DNA of 64,000 nucleotides from Waterburya sp. (GCA_965217895.1 CBDCJV010000002.1:3136001-3200000), one strand, 5' to 3'; numbered from the stretch's first letter, positions 10,218 to 21,374 are shown. The notes: generated from the sequence alone by a model not told the origin. Numbers and translations: made by a program.

Positions 10218-11465
10218 ATGGGCAAGATTGGTTATTTAGAATGTCCGACGGGAATTGCTGGGGATATGTGTTTGGGAGCATTGGTAGATTGTGGTTTACC
10301 CTGGCAACATTTGGTTAGTGGTCTTAAAAGTTTGGGGATAGAACAAGAATATCAACTAAGAACTGAAAAAGTTATTCGCAATGGACAATCAGCAACTAAA
10401 GTTTATGTTGATTTGCAACCAGAACATCGGTCTACTGATAAAGATGATCACCATCATCATTATGCTGCCAGACATTTACCAGAAATTAAAAAATTAATTA
10501 GCTCTGCCACTTTACCAGATAGAGTCAAGCAATGGAGTCTAGATATTTTTCAGCATTTAGCGATCGCCGAAGGTGCAGTTCACGGTATTCCCCCCGAAAA
10601 AGTCCATTTTCATGAGGTAGGTGCAACGGATGCCATCGTCGATATTGTCGGCACCTGCATTGGTTTAGACTGGCTAGGTATTGAGCAGCTATATTGTTCG
10701 CCTATGCCCACTGGAGGCGGTACGATTAAGGCTGCCCACGGAATATTGTCTGTTCCCGTGCCTGCGGTGGTCAAGCTGTGGTCAACAAGGGAAGTGCCAG
10801 TCTATAGTAATGGTATCAAAAAAGAACTAGTTACACCAACTGGTGCAGCGATCGCCATTACTCTGGCTACCGATTTTGGTGAACCCCCTGCCATGAAACT
10901 AGCTAAAATTGGACTAGGTGCAGGTTCGCGAGATTTAGAGATTCCTAATATTCTTCGCTTGTGGATCGGGCAAAGCCTCGAATCAGCAGCACAGCCACAG
11001 ATAAAACTAAAGCAAGAAACCGTTACGGTACTCGAAACCCAAATCGACGATCTCAATCCTCAAGTGGTGGCATACACCCTTGAACGGTTAATGGCTGCTG
11101 GTGCATTAGATGTATTTACCCAAAGCATCATCATGAAAAAATCGCGATCGGCTATTTTGCTGACGGTTATCTGTCATCCTGAATTAATGAATACTTGCAA
11201 AGCGATAATCTTCCGCGAAACAACTACTTTAGGTATTAGAGAACGCTCTCAACAAAGGAGTATTCTTAATCGAGAAATAAAGTCCGTAGAAACTGAATAC
11301 GGTGCGGTAAGAGTCAAAATTGCTAGCTGGACTCAAGGGGATCGAAAGCAAATTATTAATGTACAGCCAGAGTATGAAGACTGTGCAATTCTGGCACGTA
11401 AACATGATGTGCCTTGGAGAGAAATATCACGAAAAGCTATAGAGGCTTGGAATAAAAGTAAGTAA
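10218..11465 (+). CDS. larC: Nickel pincer cofactor biosynthesis protein LarC
   Basis: GIAGDM, a His-rich patch, HFHEVGATDAIVD, ELVTPTGAA, ETTTLGIR and PEYEDC. Confidence 0.9.
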   Translation: MGKIGYLECPTGIAGDMCLGALVDCGLPWQHLVSGLKSLGIEQEYQLRTEKVIRNGQSATKVYVDLQPEHRSTDKDDHHHHYAARHLPEIKKLISSATLPDRVKQWSLDIFQHLAIAEGAVHGIPPEKVHFHEVGATDAIVDIVGTCIGLDWLGIEQLYCSPMPTGGGTIKAAHGILSVPVPAVVKLWSTREVPVYSNGIKKELVTPTGAAIAITLATDFGEPPAMKLAKIGLGAGSRDLEIPNILRLWIGQSLESAAQPQIKLKQETVTVLETQIDDLNPQVVAYTLERLMAAGALDVFTQSIIMKKSRSAILLTVICHPELMNTCKAIIFRETTTLGIRERSQQRSILNREIKSVETEYGAVRVKIASWTQGDRKQIINVQPEYEDCAILARKHDVPWREISRKAIEAWNKSK

Positions 11466-11622
11466 TAGTCTACTCGTGAAAAAATTATAATTTTAGGAAA
11501 TGCTTTTCGATATTATAAAAAGATGTAGAAACTTAAAAATTGCGTTTCTACATCTAATGATTTGAATCTAAAATATGGCAATTAATAGCTACTGTCTCAA
11601 TAGCTATCACCTGTTTATCAAA

Positions 11623-12162
11623 TTAATAAGCATCCTGTAACTCATAAAATTCAGGGGATACATAGTCTTTTCTCAAAGGCCAACCAATCCAATCTTCGTT
11701 CATCAAAATACGCTTGAGATTAGGATGACCTTCGTAGACAATACCAAACATATCGTAGCTTTCCCGCTCTTGCCAGTCTGCTGCCTTCCAAATCCAGTAA
11801 ACTGAAGGAACTTGAGGATTATCTCTCGGCAAAAAGACTTTTAGACGAACTTCTTGTGGTTGTTCTACATCATCGTCAACTTTAATTAGATGATAAAAGC
11901 TAACTAGTTCTTTGCCTGGCCCTAGGTCGTAAGCCCCTTGACACTGAAGGTAATTATAACCATAAGCATATAAAGCAGTGGCAATAGGCAATAATAAATC
12001 TGCATCTACCTTAATCATCTCAATGTTAGAGACATCAGGATTTAAAGCCTCGTTATCAAAACCATTTTCGCTTAGCCAGCTAGAAGTCTGACCAGCAGCA
12101 ACTATTTCTGAGGCTGCTACGTCTTCATCAGGATTTTGATTCTCTTTATTTTCCTCAGCCAC
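11623..12162 (-). CDS. ndhJ: NAD(P)H-quinone oxidoreductase subunit J
   Basis: [27 protein letters not shown]...GWPLRKDY; operon order ndhC-K-J. Confidence 0.97.
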   Translation of the reverse strand: MAEENKENQNPDEDVAASEIVAAGQTSSWLSENGFDNEALNPDVSNIEMIKVDADLLLPIATALYAYGYNYLQCQGAYDLGPGKELVSFYHLIKVDDDVEQPQEVRLKVFLPRDNPQVPSVYWIWKAADWQERESYDMFGIVYEGHPNLKRILMNEDWIGWPLRKDYVSPEFYELQDAY

Positions 12163-12889
12163 GTTCTACCTCCTCTGTTTCTGCTGACTCTATTGCAGGT
12201 AAAGGCATTCCCATTGCTTCGGCGAGCTTCCTTGGTGGTGCTTGACGAGTTTGAGACTGCACGTATTTACCAGTTAAAATTGGCTCTACAGCCTTCATAT
12301 TGTGTGCAGTGCTGTAGTAGCGGTGGGTCTGCTCTAAAACCTCGGCTCGCTCCTGTAAAGATTGATTAGAGATCTTCTTGCGTAGCTTAATGATGGCATC
12401 AAAAATAGCCTCTGGACGAGGAGGACAGCCAGGAATATATACATCCACGGGAATTAATTTGTCTACTCCTCTGACTGCGGTAGTAGAGTCTGTGCTAAAC
12501 ATTCCTCCTGTGATAGTACAAGCACCCATAGCAATTACGTACTTGGGTTCAGGCATTCCCTCATAAAGACGGACTAAAGCTGGTGCCATTTTCATAGTGA
12601 TTGTGCCTGCGGTAATAATCAAATCCGATTGGCGAGGACTTGAACGAGGTACTAAACCATAGCGGTCAAAGTCAAATCTAGAGCCAATTAAAGCTGCAAA
12701 TTCAATAAAGCAACAGGCTGTACCATATAGCATGGGCCATAGGCTAGAGAGTTTTGCCCAATTATAAAGATCATCTACCGTAGTTAAGATGACGTTTTCT
12801 GATAAATCCTGAGTGACCTCGGTCGGATTAATTGGATTAAGAATTTTTTCTGCTTGCTGTTGTTCAAATGTTTGGGAATTCATGACCAT
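12155..12889 (-). CDS. ndhK: NAD(P)H-quinone oxidoreductase subunit K
   Basis: Motifs [17 protein letters not shown] and PGCPPRPE. The ATG overlaps the ndhC stop. Confidence 0.97.
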   Translation of the reverse strand: MVMNSQTFEQQQAEKILNPINPTEVTQDLSENVILTTVDDLYNWAKLSSLWPMLYGTACCFIEFAALIGSRFDFDRYGLVPRSSPRQSDLIITAGTITMKMAPALVRLYEGMPEPKYVIAMGACTITGGMFSTDSTTAVRGVDKLIPVDVYIPGCPPRPEAIFDAIIKLRKKISNQSLQERAEVLEQTHRYYSTAHNMKAVEPILTGKYVQSQTRQAPPRKLAEAMGMPLPAIESAETEEVERG

Positions 12890-13242
12890 TCCAAAGCTCC
12901 TTTTCTCCACGCGTATACTAAAGCAACTACCAAGATGGCAATAAATATTAATGCTTCTACAAATGCTAACAATCCTAAACGGCTGAAAGCTACTGCCCAG
13001 GGATATAAAAATACTGTTTCTACATCAAAGACAACGAAAACCAAAGCGAACATATAATAGCGGATATTAAATTGAATCCAGGCTCCCCCAATAGGTTCCA
13101 TTCCCGATTCGTAAGTTGTTTGGCGTTCTGGACCGCCTTCACTGGGTCTTAGTAGTTTAGAAGCAGTTAGAGCTAGGGCTGGAACTGCACTACAGATAAG
13201 TAAGAAACCCAAGAAATATTCATAGCCATTGAGAACAAACAA
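12880..13242 (-). CDS. ndhC: NAD(P)H-quinone oxidoreductase subunit C
   Basis: Motifs [20 protein letters not shown] and WRKGALEWS. Confidence 0.97.
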   Translation of the reverse strand: MFVLNGYEYFLGFLLICSAVPALALTASKLLRPSEGGPERQTTYESGMEPIGGAWIQFNIRYYMFALVFVVFDVETVFLYPWAVAFSRLGLLAFVEALIFIAILVVALVYAWRKGALEWS

Positions 13243-13475
13243 TTTTGATTTATTACTCCCTAGTAAATTGTGTATGTTTTAACCAACGCTCACAGCACCA
13301 AGGCGCACCTCCAAATATGTCTGTCCATTCATGTCGGATGTGGCGGAGTAATCTGTGACTATAACTGGCTAACTTTTATTAATTGTAATAGAATACCCCG
13401 TATTTTGATTTTGAAAAAAGATTAGCAGTAATTTAAAAACGCTAAGATAAACAACAAAAAAGCATTAAGCAACCC

Positions 13476-14906
13476 ATGTCTGATTTAATACTCTTTTGGC
13501 ATCGTCGTGATTTAAGGGTTTCTGATAACCTTGGATTAGCAGCAGCAGCAGAGCAAACTTCAAAAATAGTCGGTTTATTTTGTCTAGACTTTAATATTCT
13601 TGATCGCGATGATATTGCCCCTGCCAGGGTCACATACATGATTGGCTGTTTACAGGAATTAAAGCAAAATTATCAGCAGCTTGGCAGTCAATTAATTATT
13701 GTGCAAGGAAAACCTCAGAAAGCTATTGCTCAAATAGCGATCGCACTTAAGGCAAAGGCAGTATTTTGGAACTTAGATGTCGAACCTTACGCAAAAGAGC
13801 GAGATCGCACTGTAACCGATGCGCTCAAAGAAAAAGGTATCGAGACTAAAAACTTTTGGGATCAGTTATTACACGCTCCAGGAGATGTGCTAACTAAATC
13901 TTCTGGTGAACCCTACAAAGTTTATACTCCTTTCTGGCGTAGCTGGAATCAAGAGGAAAAACAAAAAATAACTAAAGAGATAAAAAAGCTATCGGGTTTA
14001 ACTAAAGCTGAATTAGAAGCAGCCAAGCAGGCTGGCGCGATCGCTTTGCCTTCGGCTCAAGATTTGGGCTACGGGTGGGAAAATCCCTTAATGCTTGAGC
14101 CAGGAGAAACCGCAGCGATAGAGAAGCTAGAAGAATTTTGCGATCGCGCTATCTACTGTTATGAAGAAGAGCGTAATTTTCCTTATGTGGATGGTACATC
14201 CAACCTCAGTGCCGCCTTAAAATTTGGCGCAGTAAGCATTCGCACCGTATGGCAAGCAACTTTAGATATTTTAGCTAACTGTCGCAGCGAAGAAGCCAAA
14301 AACGGCGTGATTACCTGGCAAAAAGAACTAGCCTGGCGAGAATTTTATCAGCACTGTATGTTTTTCTTTCCTGAATTAGCCAAAGGTTCATATCGCGATG
14401 AATTTAAAGACTTTCCTTGGGAAAACGACGAAACTAAGTTTCAGGCATGGTGTGAGGGAAAAACGGGTTATCCTATCGTCGATGCAGCGATGCGACAGCT
14501 AAATGAAACTGGCTGGATGCACAATCGTTGTCGGATGATTGTTGCCAGCTTTCTAACTAAAGATCTAATCATTGACTGGCGTTGGGGCGAAAAATATTTT
14601 ATGCAGAAGCTATTCGATGGTGATTTATCATCTAACAATGGTGGTTGGCAGTGGAGTGCCTCTAGCGGGATGGATCCTAAACCTTTACGCATCTTTAATC
14701 CTGCTTCTCAAGCAGCTAAATTTGACCAAGATGGAGAATACATCCGTCAATGGCTGCCCGAGATAAGCTCAATGGAAACAGAGTATCTGGTAACGGGTAA
14801 AATACCTGAGTTAGAAAGAGCCAGTTACGATTATCCTCAACCCATTGTCGATCATAAAGTTCAGCAACGGCAGTTCAAGGCACTGTATAAACAGCAAAAA
14901 GGCTAA
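13476..14906 (+). CDS. phrA: Class I CPD DNA photolyase
   Basis: Motifs WHRRDLRVSDN, WREFY, GKTGYPIVDAAMRQL, WMHNRCRMIVASFL and NNGGWQW. Confidence 0.92.
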   Translation: MSDLILFWHRRDLRVSDNLGLAAAAEQTSKIVGLFCLDFNILDRDDIAPARVTYMIGCLQELKQNYQQLGSQLIIVQGKPQKAIAQIAIALKAKAVFWNLDVEPYAKERDRTVTDALKEKGIETKNFWDQLLHAPGDVLTKSSGEPYKVYTPFWRSWNQEEKQKITKEIKKLSGLTKAELEAAKQAGAIALPSAQDLGYGWENPLMLEPGETAAIEKLEEFCDRAIYCYEEERNFPYVDGTSNLSAALKFGAVSIRTVWQATLDILANCRSEEAKNGVITWQKELAWREFYQHCMFFFPELAKGSYRDEFKDFPWENDETKFQAWCEGKTGYPIVDAAMRQLNETGWMHNRCRMIVASFLTKDLIIDWRWGEKYFMQKLFDGDLSSNNGGWQWSASSGMDPKPLRIFNPASQAAKFDQDGEYIRQWLPEISSMETEYLVTGKIPELERASYDYPQPIVDHKVQQRQFKALYKQQKG

Positions 14907-15105
14907 ATATTTAAATATAAACTGCATCTATAGCTTGACGTATAGACCTGTTTGACATTTTGTAAATAATACCAATTCTCAAATTCAAAAATGCCTTATC
15001 TTTGTTGCTACTATCGATGTTATGGTAGTAGCGCGCTTACCATAGCTAGCGCGCTATTACGCAATGTGTATACGAACGCAACGGTATTTCCTTCGTCGCC
15101 TCGAT

Positions 15106-15471
<366 letters not shown>

Positions 15472-15583
15472 TTATATAGAAACTCAGGAAAACGGCAGCA
15501 CCGCGCGCGGTCGCGCTGATATTATAGCTGCCACCTTGGTCGCTGGGTCAGGGGCGCACTGGCAGACCTCGACCCGTCTGGAC

Positions 15584-16699
15584 TCAGCTACCCATAAGCG
15601 CCTGAGCAAGCCCGATGAATAGCGGTATTCCTAAGGCGATCGCAACTGGCGTACCGACGGCTGTGGACGAGCCGATGTAGGCAGAGGGATTGGCCGACGG
15701 GATACCAGCCCGTAAAGTGGGCGGTCCTGAGATGTCTGAACTGGAGGCGGCGATGACTGCCAGAAGCACGACGCCGCCAGGGCTGAATCCCGTGGTGATG
15801 TGGGCAATCCAGCCGAGGCCGAAGGCGATGAACCCATGCAGCAGCGGTGCCACCGCGGCATATACGACGTACCATTGAGCCACCTTGCGCAGCTCGCCAA
15901 TCCTTGCAGCAGCTTCCATACCCATTATCAGCATCAGTACCGAAAGTAAGCCCGCAAAGAGGGGAGAGTAAAAGCTTTCATAGACACTTTCTGGCTTGGT
16001 TATCAAACCCAAGGCAAGACCGAGCAGCAGTGCCGATAGGGCAGAACCCTGGAGGCTTTCCTCGACGATGGGCCAGATCTTGACTCGCTTGCTTGCACTA
16101 CCGCGCTGCTTGCTGGGATGTCTGTTTGCAGTAACGCCCTGCTCGCTAGGATACCCGCCCGCGCCTACGGTAACGCGCTGCTCGCTGAGAGACTCTTGCT
16201 TGCGGAGAGGCTTCTGCTTACCAGTATAAATGCTGGCCAAGACGATCGCAGTCACGAGGGCTGGGATGTCCATGAAGGGATAGAGTGCGGCGGCCCAAGG
16301 CTCGTATGCCATGCCTTGAGTATCCATTAGCTCCAGGGCAGCCGCGAGGGTAGAGCCACTCACTGCGCCGAATAAGCCTGCGGTCGCAATGCCATCCTCG
16401 GTTTTGACGTTCGGCAGCTTGCACAACGTATAGCGTCCGATGAACACGATCGCAATCCCTATTATTACGGCGAACAACGCGGGCAACAGTATTTGCGCCA
16501 GATCGGCGTCGCGGATCGCCTGACCACCAGTCAGGCCGACTTTCATGAGCAGCATGAAGACGATGAACTTATAGACTGGCTCTGGAATTGATAGTCGGCT
16601 ACCGACGGATGCAACGACCATACCACCAATCAGGAAACCGAGTGTCGGAGACTGTAACTGCCCCAGAAAAGTTGTAAAAAAATCGGATAAAAAATCCAC
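15584..16699 (-). CDS. sbtA: Sodium-dependent bicarbonate transporter SbtA
   Basis: Motifs GAVSGST, YPFMDIPALV and ASSSDISGPPTLRAGIPSANPSAYIG. GTG start with an AGGAGG RBS. Confidence 0.95.
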   Translation of the reverse strand: MDFLSDFFTTFLGQLQSPTLGFLIGGMVVASVGSRLSIPEPVYKFIVFMLLMKVGLTGGQAIRDADLAQILLPALFAVIIGIAIVFIGRYTLCKLPNVKTEDGIATAGLFGAVSGSTLAAALELMDTQGMAYEPWAAALYPFMDIPALVTAIVLASIYTGKQKPLRKQESLSEQRVTVGAGGYPSEQGVTANRHPSKQRGSASKRVKIWPIVEESLQGSALSALLLGLALGLITKPESVYESFYSPLFAGLLSVLMLIMGMEAAARIGELRKVAQWYVVYAAVAPLLHGFIAFGLGWIAHITTGFSPGGVVLLAVIAASSSDISGPPTLRAGIPSANPSAYIGSSTAVGTPVAIALGIPLFIGLAQALMGS

Positions 16700-16747
16700 G
16701 TTGTAAATTCCTCCTTAATTAAATCTTAGGGGTTAGGAGCTAACAAA

Positions 16748-16795
16748 ATAGAGTTATATCAATTACTATTTTATTTCTCATTGATTCAACTCTAT
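16748..16795. promoter_or_regulatory. Putative NdhR/CcmR (LysR) operator pair upstream of sbtA
   Basis: ATAG-N8-CAAT (16748-16763) and ATTG-N8-CTAT (16780-16795). Each is one mismatch from ATAG-N8-CTAT, and they are near-inverted copies of each other. Confidence 0.5.
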
Positions 16796-16974
16796 CATCG
16801 TTAGGTGTGTAAAAGCTGACCAAACTCCAAGAATTTTAGACGTATTATTTTATGCTATTGATAATTTAGGTTTATGATTTAAGCCTGAGTAATATTGATG
16901 AAAGATTAATAGTCAATCTATTGGGACGCGCTATATAGCGCAGACTACACGATAGCCACTAGAATACCTACTCC

Positions 16975-17080
16975 CATGCCCCAACTGAACGCCCAAATAT
17001 GCGAAGGGCAGGCTCTAGAGTAAACCGTAGGTGGCGATCGCGATCGCCAATATGGACAGCCTACCCTTCGCCTGGGGATG
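16975..17080. repeat. GC-rich nested inverted repeat with a central double HIP1
   Basis: gcgaagggcaggct (17001-17014) pairs with agcctacccttcgc (17058-17071), around the palindrome tggcgatcgcgatcgcca. Confidence 0.6.
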
Positions 17081-17140
17081 GTTTCGCCTTTGTCTTATTT
17101 ACGATAGTGTCCTTGTATTTTTAAAGCAGATAGATTCTTC

Positions 17141-18037
17141 CTACTTATGAGTAGATAATGCCTCTTGAATAACTGCTGGAATTTCACTGGGTTTTGTAGC
17201 TATTTTGACACCAACTTTTTTGAGCTTGCCAATCTTTAGGCGATCGCGATTGACAGCAGGAATAGAGCTAGATAAATGATTGCTAATAATTGTCACTGCA
17301 TCACGAAACACCTTTTCTTGAGGTGCTTTTAATCCTGCAACGTAAACAATAATTGGTTTATCGTCACCATTATTTTTACAGTAGGTAGTAATTTCTTCGG
17401 CTTGATTAATACTTTGACAAATAGAAACGATCGCTTTGGTGTTTGAATTTGACTGCAAAATTGATAACCATTGAAGCAGACTAGAGCCAATAATTCGATC
17501 CTCACCTAAACTGACAACTATGGACTGTCCCATATTTGCCTGATTTAATTCTGCTGCCACCTCATAGGAAAGGTGCTGGCTGGTAGTGAGTAATCCTACT
17601 TCTCCAGGGCAATAAAACTGAGGCTGTAACTTACCTAACCAAGCTTGCTGCGGAATTACAACTCCATGACTGCCAGGGCCTAAAACTAGCACGTCCTTAG
17701 CTTTAGCATATTTTAGAAGCTCGATCGTATCTAAAGGAGGAACTTTAGCAGTGAAAATAATGATTTCCTTAATTCCCGCAGCGATCGCTTCTTTTGCTGC
17801 ATCAAGTACTTGAAAGGGATTTACAAAAATTAGGCTAATATCGATTTGCTTAACTTGGTTTAGCACCTGCTCTACCAAATCAAAAACGGGAATATTATCA
17901 ACTTTACTGCCTCCATTACCAGGACTGATTCCCGCTACAATTTCAGTGCCATAGGCTTTCATTTGCACTGCATAAACAGCAGCCTGAGACTCTGTAATTC
18001 CTTGGACAATGACCTTTTTGGGTGAAAACCAGTTCAT
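17141..18037 (-). CDS. sucD: Succinyl-CoA synthetase alpha subunit-like protein (divergent; phospho-His motif absent)
   Basis: CoA-binding N-terminus (VIVQGITE...YGTEIVAGISPG, LGPGSHG); adjacent to sucC. Confidence 0.8.
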   Translation of the reverse strand: MNWFSPKKVIVQGITESQAAVYAVQMKAYGTEIVAGISPGNGGSKVDNIPVFDLVEQVLNQVKQIDISLIFVNPFQVLDAAKEAIAAGIKEIIIFTAKVPPLDTIELLKYAKAKDVLVLGPGSHGVVIPQQAWLGKLQPQFYCPGEVGLLTTSQHLSYEVAAELNQANMGQSIVVSLGEDRIIGSSLLQWLSILQSNSNTKAIVSICQSINQAEEITTYCKNNGDDKPIIVYVAGLKAPQEKVFRDAVTIISNHLSSSIPAVNRDRLKIGKLKKVGVKIATKPSEIPAVIQEALSTHK

Positions 18038-18138
18038 AGCAGAAAAACTTTCTATTAAAGAAATTAGAGCGGTTCAAATCAGAATCAAAACTCATCAACG
18101 AAGTATATTCTTCTTTACTTTTAACAAGTTTGACCAAC

Positions 18139-18227
18139 GGTCAGGCAAGCCCCGTATCACAACGCATTCCCTTGCGCCTATCGGCGACGCGGGGTCGTTG
18201 CTCCGTTTTACGGCGGGGACCCTGACC
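18139..18227. repeat. GC-rich hairpin element between sucC and sucD
   Basis: ggtcagg..ccccgt and gcgggg..cctgacc form terminal inverted arms within an AT-rich spacer. Confidence 0.55.
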
Positions 18228-18237
18228 AGCAAAACCT

Positions 18238-19503
18238 TTAATTTGATTTAACCACAGCTATGGCTTGGGCAATTGCTGCTTCTAAATTGCTAGACAAATA
18301 CATAGTCTCGGTAATTTTTATATCTTTCAGGTTATCCTGATTCAATAATCGTAAGATAAACTGAGGTTGAGGGTCGAGTTTAACTGGTGTTAGAGATTTT
18401 GTCTGCTTGGTAGACGTAGGCTTATTTGAGCGATCGCTTTCGACTGCTAGCTGTTCATTAGCAGATGAGGCTTTAGCGATTGACTGAGCATAATTAGCGA
18501 TCGCCTCAATCACTTCTCGACCGATCGCTTCTGTCTCCCAAATATTGACTAGAATAGCTTTTATGCTGGGTCTTGACTCCAGTTCGGCGAGAATTTCTGC
18601 TATTTGCTCTTGATATTCAGGGTTGTTTTTTGTGCTGCTCAGGCTTTGGGCAATTAGAATACCACAGGCAGGAGAAACTTTATTTTGCTCAAGTAAGTCC
18701 CAGGTCAATAACGCCAAATCGAAACTGTTGCAGATTATGGCAATTTTACCTGTGGTATTTTGCCAATCTAACCAACGCCATCTAGCCTGAGCAAAATCTT
18801 GGTTGGATTTTACGACATTTTGTTGATTAGTTTGTATTTGATACTGAGAAAAATTCAGGCTTTCAACTATAGGTTGTCTTGCCAGAGCATGATCGTTAAG
18901 CGTAATTTTTCCATCTAATGCCATCAACTCTCCTTTGCTATTGACCCCCAAAGGATTGATTTCAATTAGATCTAGATCTTTTTCGACAAACAAGTGATAC
19001 ATTTTGGCAATAATTTTGCTCACAGAGCAAATTAATTGACCTGAGAGTCCCATATTGGCAGCTAGGCGACGGGCATAGAATAAAGAAAATTCTGACTCGA
19101 CTACTACCTGCTGCAAATTAGCCAACAATGAATCTACATTCATGCCTCCTAATGCCGAACCAAGCAGCACAGGGCGTTGTAAATCATAGTCGAGGACTAT
19201 TGCCAGCAAAAACTCCCGCTCGGCATTATAGTGAGCTTCTGCTAAAATAAATTCAGGGTATTCATTTAAAATAGACAAATTAAAGATAATCCTGGCAGCC
19301 GCGATCGCATCAATAGTATTAGCAGCAAAACGGACACCCCCCGCTTTGCCTCTTCCTCCTGACCTCACCTGAGACTTCAAAACGACTGGATAAGGAATTT
19401 GCAGTTGCTTAATTTTTCTAGAATCTTTGATAGTCTGAGAAGGTAAAATAGGAATACCAACCATCTTAAACAATTCTTTAGCCTGATATTCTAGTAGTTC
19501 CAT
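18238..19503 (-). CDS. sucC: Succinyl-CoA synthetase beta subunit-like protein (divergent)
   Basis: MELLEYQAKELF, KSQVRSGGRGKAGGV, EINPL and ALDGK (ATP-grasp domain). Confidence 0.85.
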   Translation of the reverse strand: MELLEYQAKELFKMVGIPILPSQTIKDSRKIKQLQIPYPVVLKSQVRSGGRGKAGGVRFAANTIDAIAAARIIFNLSILNEYPEFILAEAHYNAEREFLLAIVLDYDLQRPVLLGSALGGMNVDSLLANLQQVVVESEFSLFYARRLAANMGLSGQLICSVSKIIAKMYHLFVEKDLDLIEINPLGVNSKGELMALDGKITLNDHALARQPIVESLNFSQYQIQTNQQNVVKSNQDFAQARWRWLDWQNTTGKIAIICNSFDLALLTWDLLEQNKVSPACGILIAQSLSSTKNNPEYQEQIAEILAELESRPSIKAILVNIWETEAIGREVIEAIANYAQSIAKASSANEQLAVESDRSNKPTSTKQTKSLTPVKLDPQPQFILRLLNQDNLKDIKITETMYLSSNLEAAIAQAIAVVKSN

Positions 19504-20002
19504 GTCCTAATTGTAAAGCGGTAATTTGTAAGCTAGATTTGGGTTAAAAACAGCATTCAAAAACTAGTATCTTAAATTAATTTGTCCTACTTAACCCTTG
19601 TCTAAGGTAGCTAATTCGTTATTTTCAAGTTGTTTTGTTATCTTATGTTTACATTATTAAGTTATTTGCCTCTAATCTTGAAAATTTAGTCAAGAAGCAA
19701 CTATGATAAGTACTGCTCAAAAGTTAGACTCGATTGTAGATGTAAACGATTACTTAAAAACAGCAAGTATGATGATTATGTCGAGGCTTTCGACCAGCAT
19801 TTTGTACTTGTATTCTAGTATCCCCTAAAGTTTGCTACTTTGGTTGCGGTTACTGTTAGTTTACAACTCCCTACTAAATAGATTCATAATTCAACTATGC
19901 CCTACAAATATCACGAACTGTTTTTTCACTCAGCGAGAAGCGTAATATTAGCAATTTAATCATCAAGTATTCAAGTACCTCGGAAAAAATACTGTTCGAC
20001 TC

Positions 20003-20761
20003 ATGACAGCTATGGCAAAATCTTATAACGATGGAAGGGGAATGGAAAAAGTTGTAATTATTATCAATGCCGACGTTAGTGAAGGAAAGCTAATTTCAGC
20101 GTCGCCAGTAACACAAAAAATGGTTGAAGCCCTACAGCGGAGTATCACCGAAAATTCTTTATCATCAACTGTGATGGAGATTGTTTCTGCTGCGACTCTT
20201 TGGTCTAAAAACTCTAACACCAAGGTAATTAAGAAAAGTCGAGATCCAGAGACGATTTACTGCCCTTTAACAATTCAAGTGCCAGAATATTTCGATTTTG
20301 CTCAAAAGCAAATATACTCTGCCTGCAAAGACGTTAATGCTAGAAGACGTTGGGTAGAAAAAAATTTAGGCTTTAAAACAAGTGTAGGTGATTCTTGGTT
20401 GGGTCATCTGTGGCTGCCAATAATTTTAGCTGACGAACCTTTATACGCAGAGATAATTGGTGAAGGCTCAATGCCTAACTCATACGAGCAACCTGTGGCA
20501 ATACCAAGTCGCCAGCTTAAATCTCTTCATAGTTTAGCAGGAAAGCTATTAGAGAATTTAGACGCACCACCATCAACCTACCTACTTCAGTTCAGTCTCT
20601 ATAATGGGGAGATTGTGTTTGATCGACTATGGCCTTTCCCTGCTGCACCTGCTCTAATAACCCTTAAAACCCAACAGCCCGATCTATTTACCTGTCATTG
20701 GCGATGTTTAACTCAGCAACCCATCAAAGATATTAGTATCTCAGATCCTATGCCAATTTAA
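20003..20761 (+). CDS. Conserved hypothetical cyanobacterial protein
   Basis: 252-aa ORF with LWLPIIL, YLLQF and FDRLWPFPAAPA. Confidence 0.75.
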   Translation: MTAMAKSYNDGRGMEKVVIIINADVSEGKLISASPVTQKMVEALQRSITENSLSSTVMEIVSAATLWSKNSNTKVIKKSRDPETIYCPLTIQVPEYFDFAQKQIYSACKDVNARRRWVEKNLGFKTSVGDSWLGHLWLPIILADEPLYAEIIGEGSMPNSYEQPVAIPSRQLKSLHSLAGKLLENLDAPPSTYLLQFSLYNGEIVFDRLWPFPAAPALITLKTQQPDLFTCHWRCLTQQPIKDISISDPMPI

Positions 20762-20811
20762 TTTAATAAGGATGATGGATGAGGAAATAAAATTGCTGTC
20801 TTCTTAGTTCC

Positions 20812-21255
20812 TCATCCTTTATCTTCTATCATTTTAGAGCGTCTAATATCAAGCCACTGTTGCAAGATTATAGCTGCTGCGTGGCGGTCAATTGCACCCT
20901 TGTTACGGGATGAAAATTTCTTTTGTGCTTTAAGTTGAGCCTCTGCTTCGACAGAGGTTAAACGCTCATCAACATATTCAATCGGCATTTGCAGAATATT
21001 ACCTATTTTGTCAGCAAAAATTTGAACCTGCTTGGCTTGCGAACCAATATGTCCCGCCAAAGTATAGGGCATACCAACGACCAATGTTTCAACTTCTCTC
21101 TCTTCAATTATTTTTTTTAATTGCTGAATATCTTCAGCCAAAGAAGTTCGATAAATAGTAGTTAGACCAGTGGCAATCAAGCCTGTCCCATCACAACCAG
21201 CCACTCCCATACGCTTTTTGCCAACATCCAACCCCAAAGCTGAAACTTTTTTCAT
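20812..21255 (-). CDS. ruvX: YqgF/RuvX RNase H-like pre-16S rRNA nuclease
   Basis: Motifs LGLDVGKKRMGVA, VDERLTSVEA and IDRHAAAIILQQWL. Confidence 0.93.
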   Translation of the reverse strand: MKKVSALGLDVGKKRMGVAGCDGTGLIATGLTTIYRTSLAEDIQQLKKIIEEREVETLVVGMPYTLAGHIGSQAKQVQIFADKIGNILQMPIEYVDERLTSVEAEAQLKAQKKFSSRNKGAIDRHAAAIILQQWLDIRRSKMIEDKG

Positions 21256-21374
21256 GGTGACTAACTGATCGATAGTAATTATTGAGAATATAGGTTAATC
21301 TTTTTATTTCAGTTTACGTAACTCGAAATTGATTATTATAAGGATTACGAATCATTTAAGTTTACCAAACAAGA

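Noticed and set aside
13280..13370. Moderately GC-rich ndhC leader with possible tcacag/ctgtga pairing
   Set aside because: Pairing is weak and single-copy, with no recognised riboswitch consensus.
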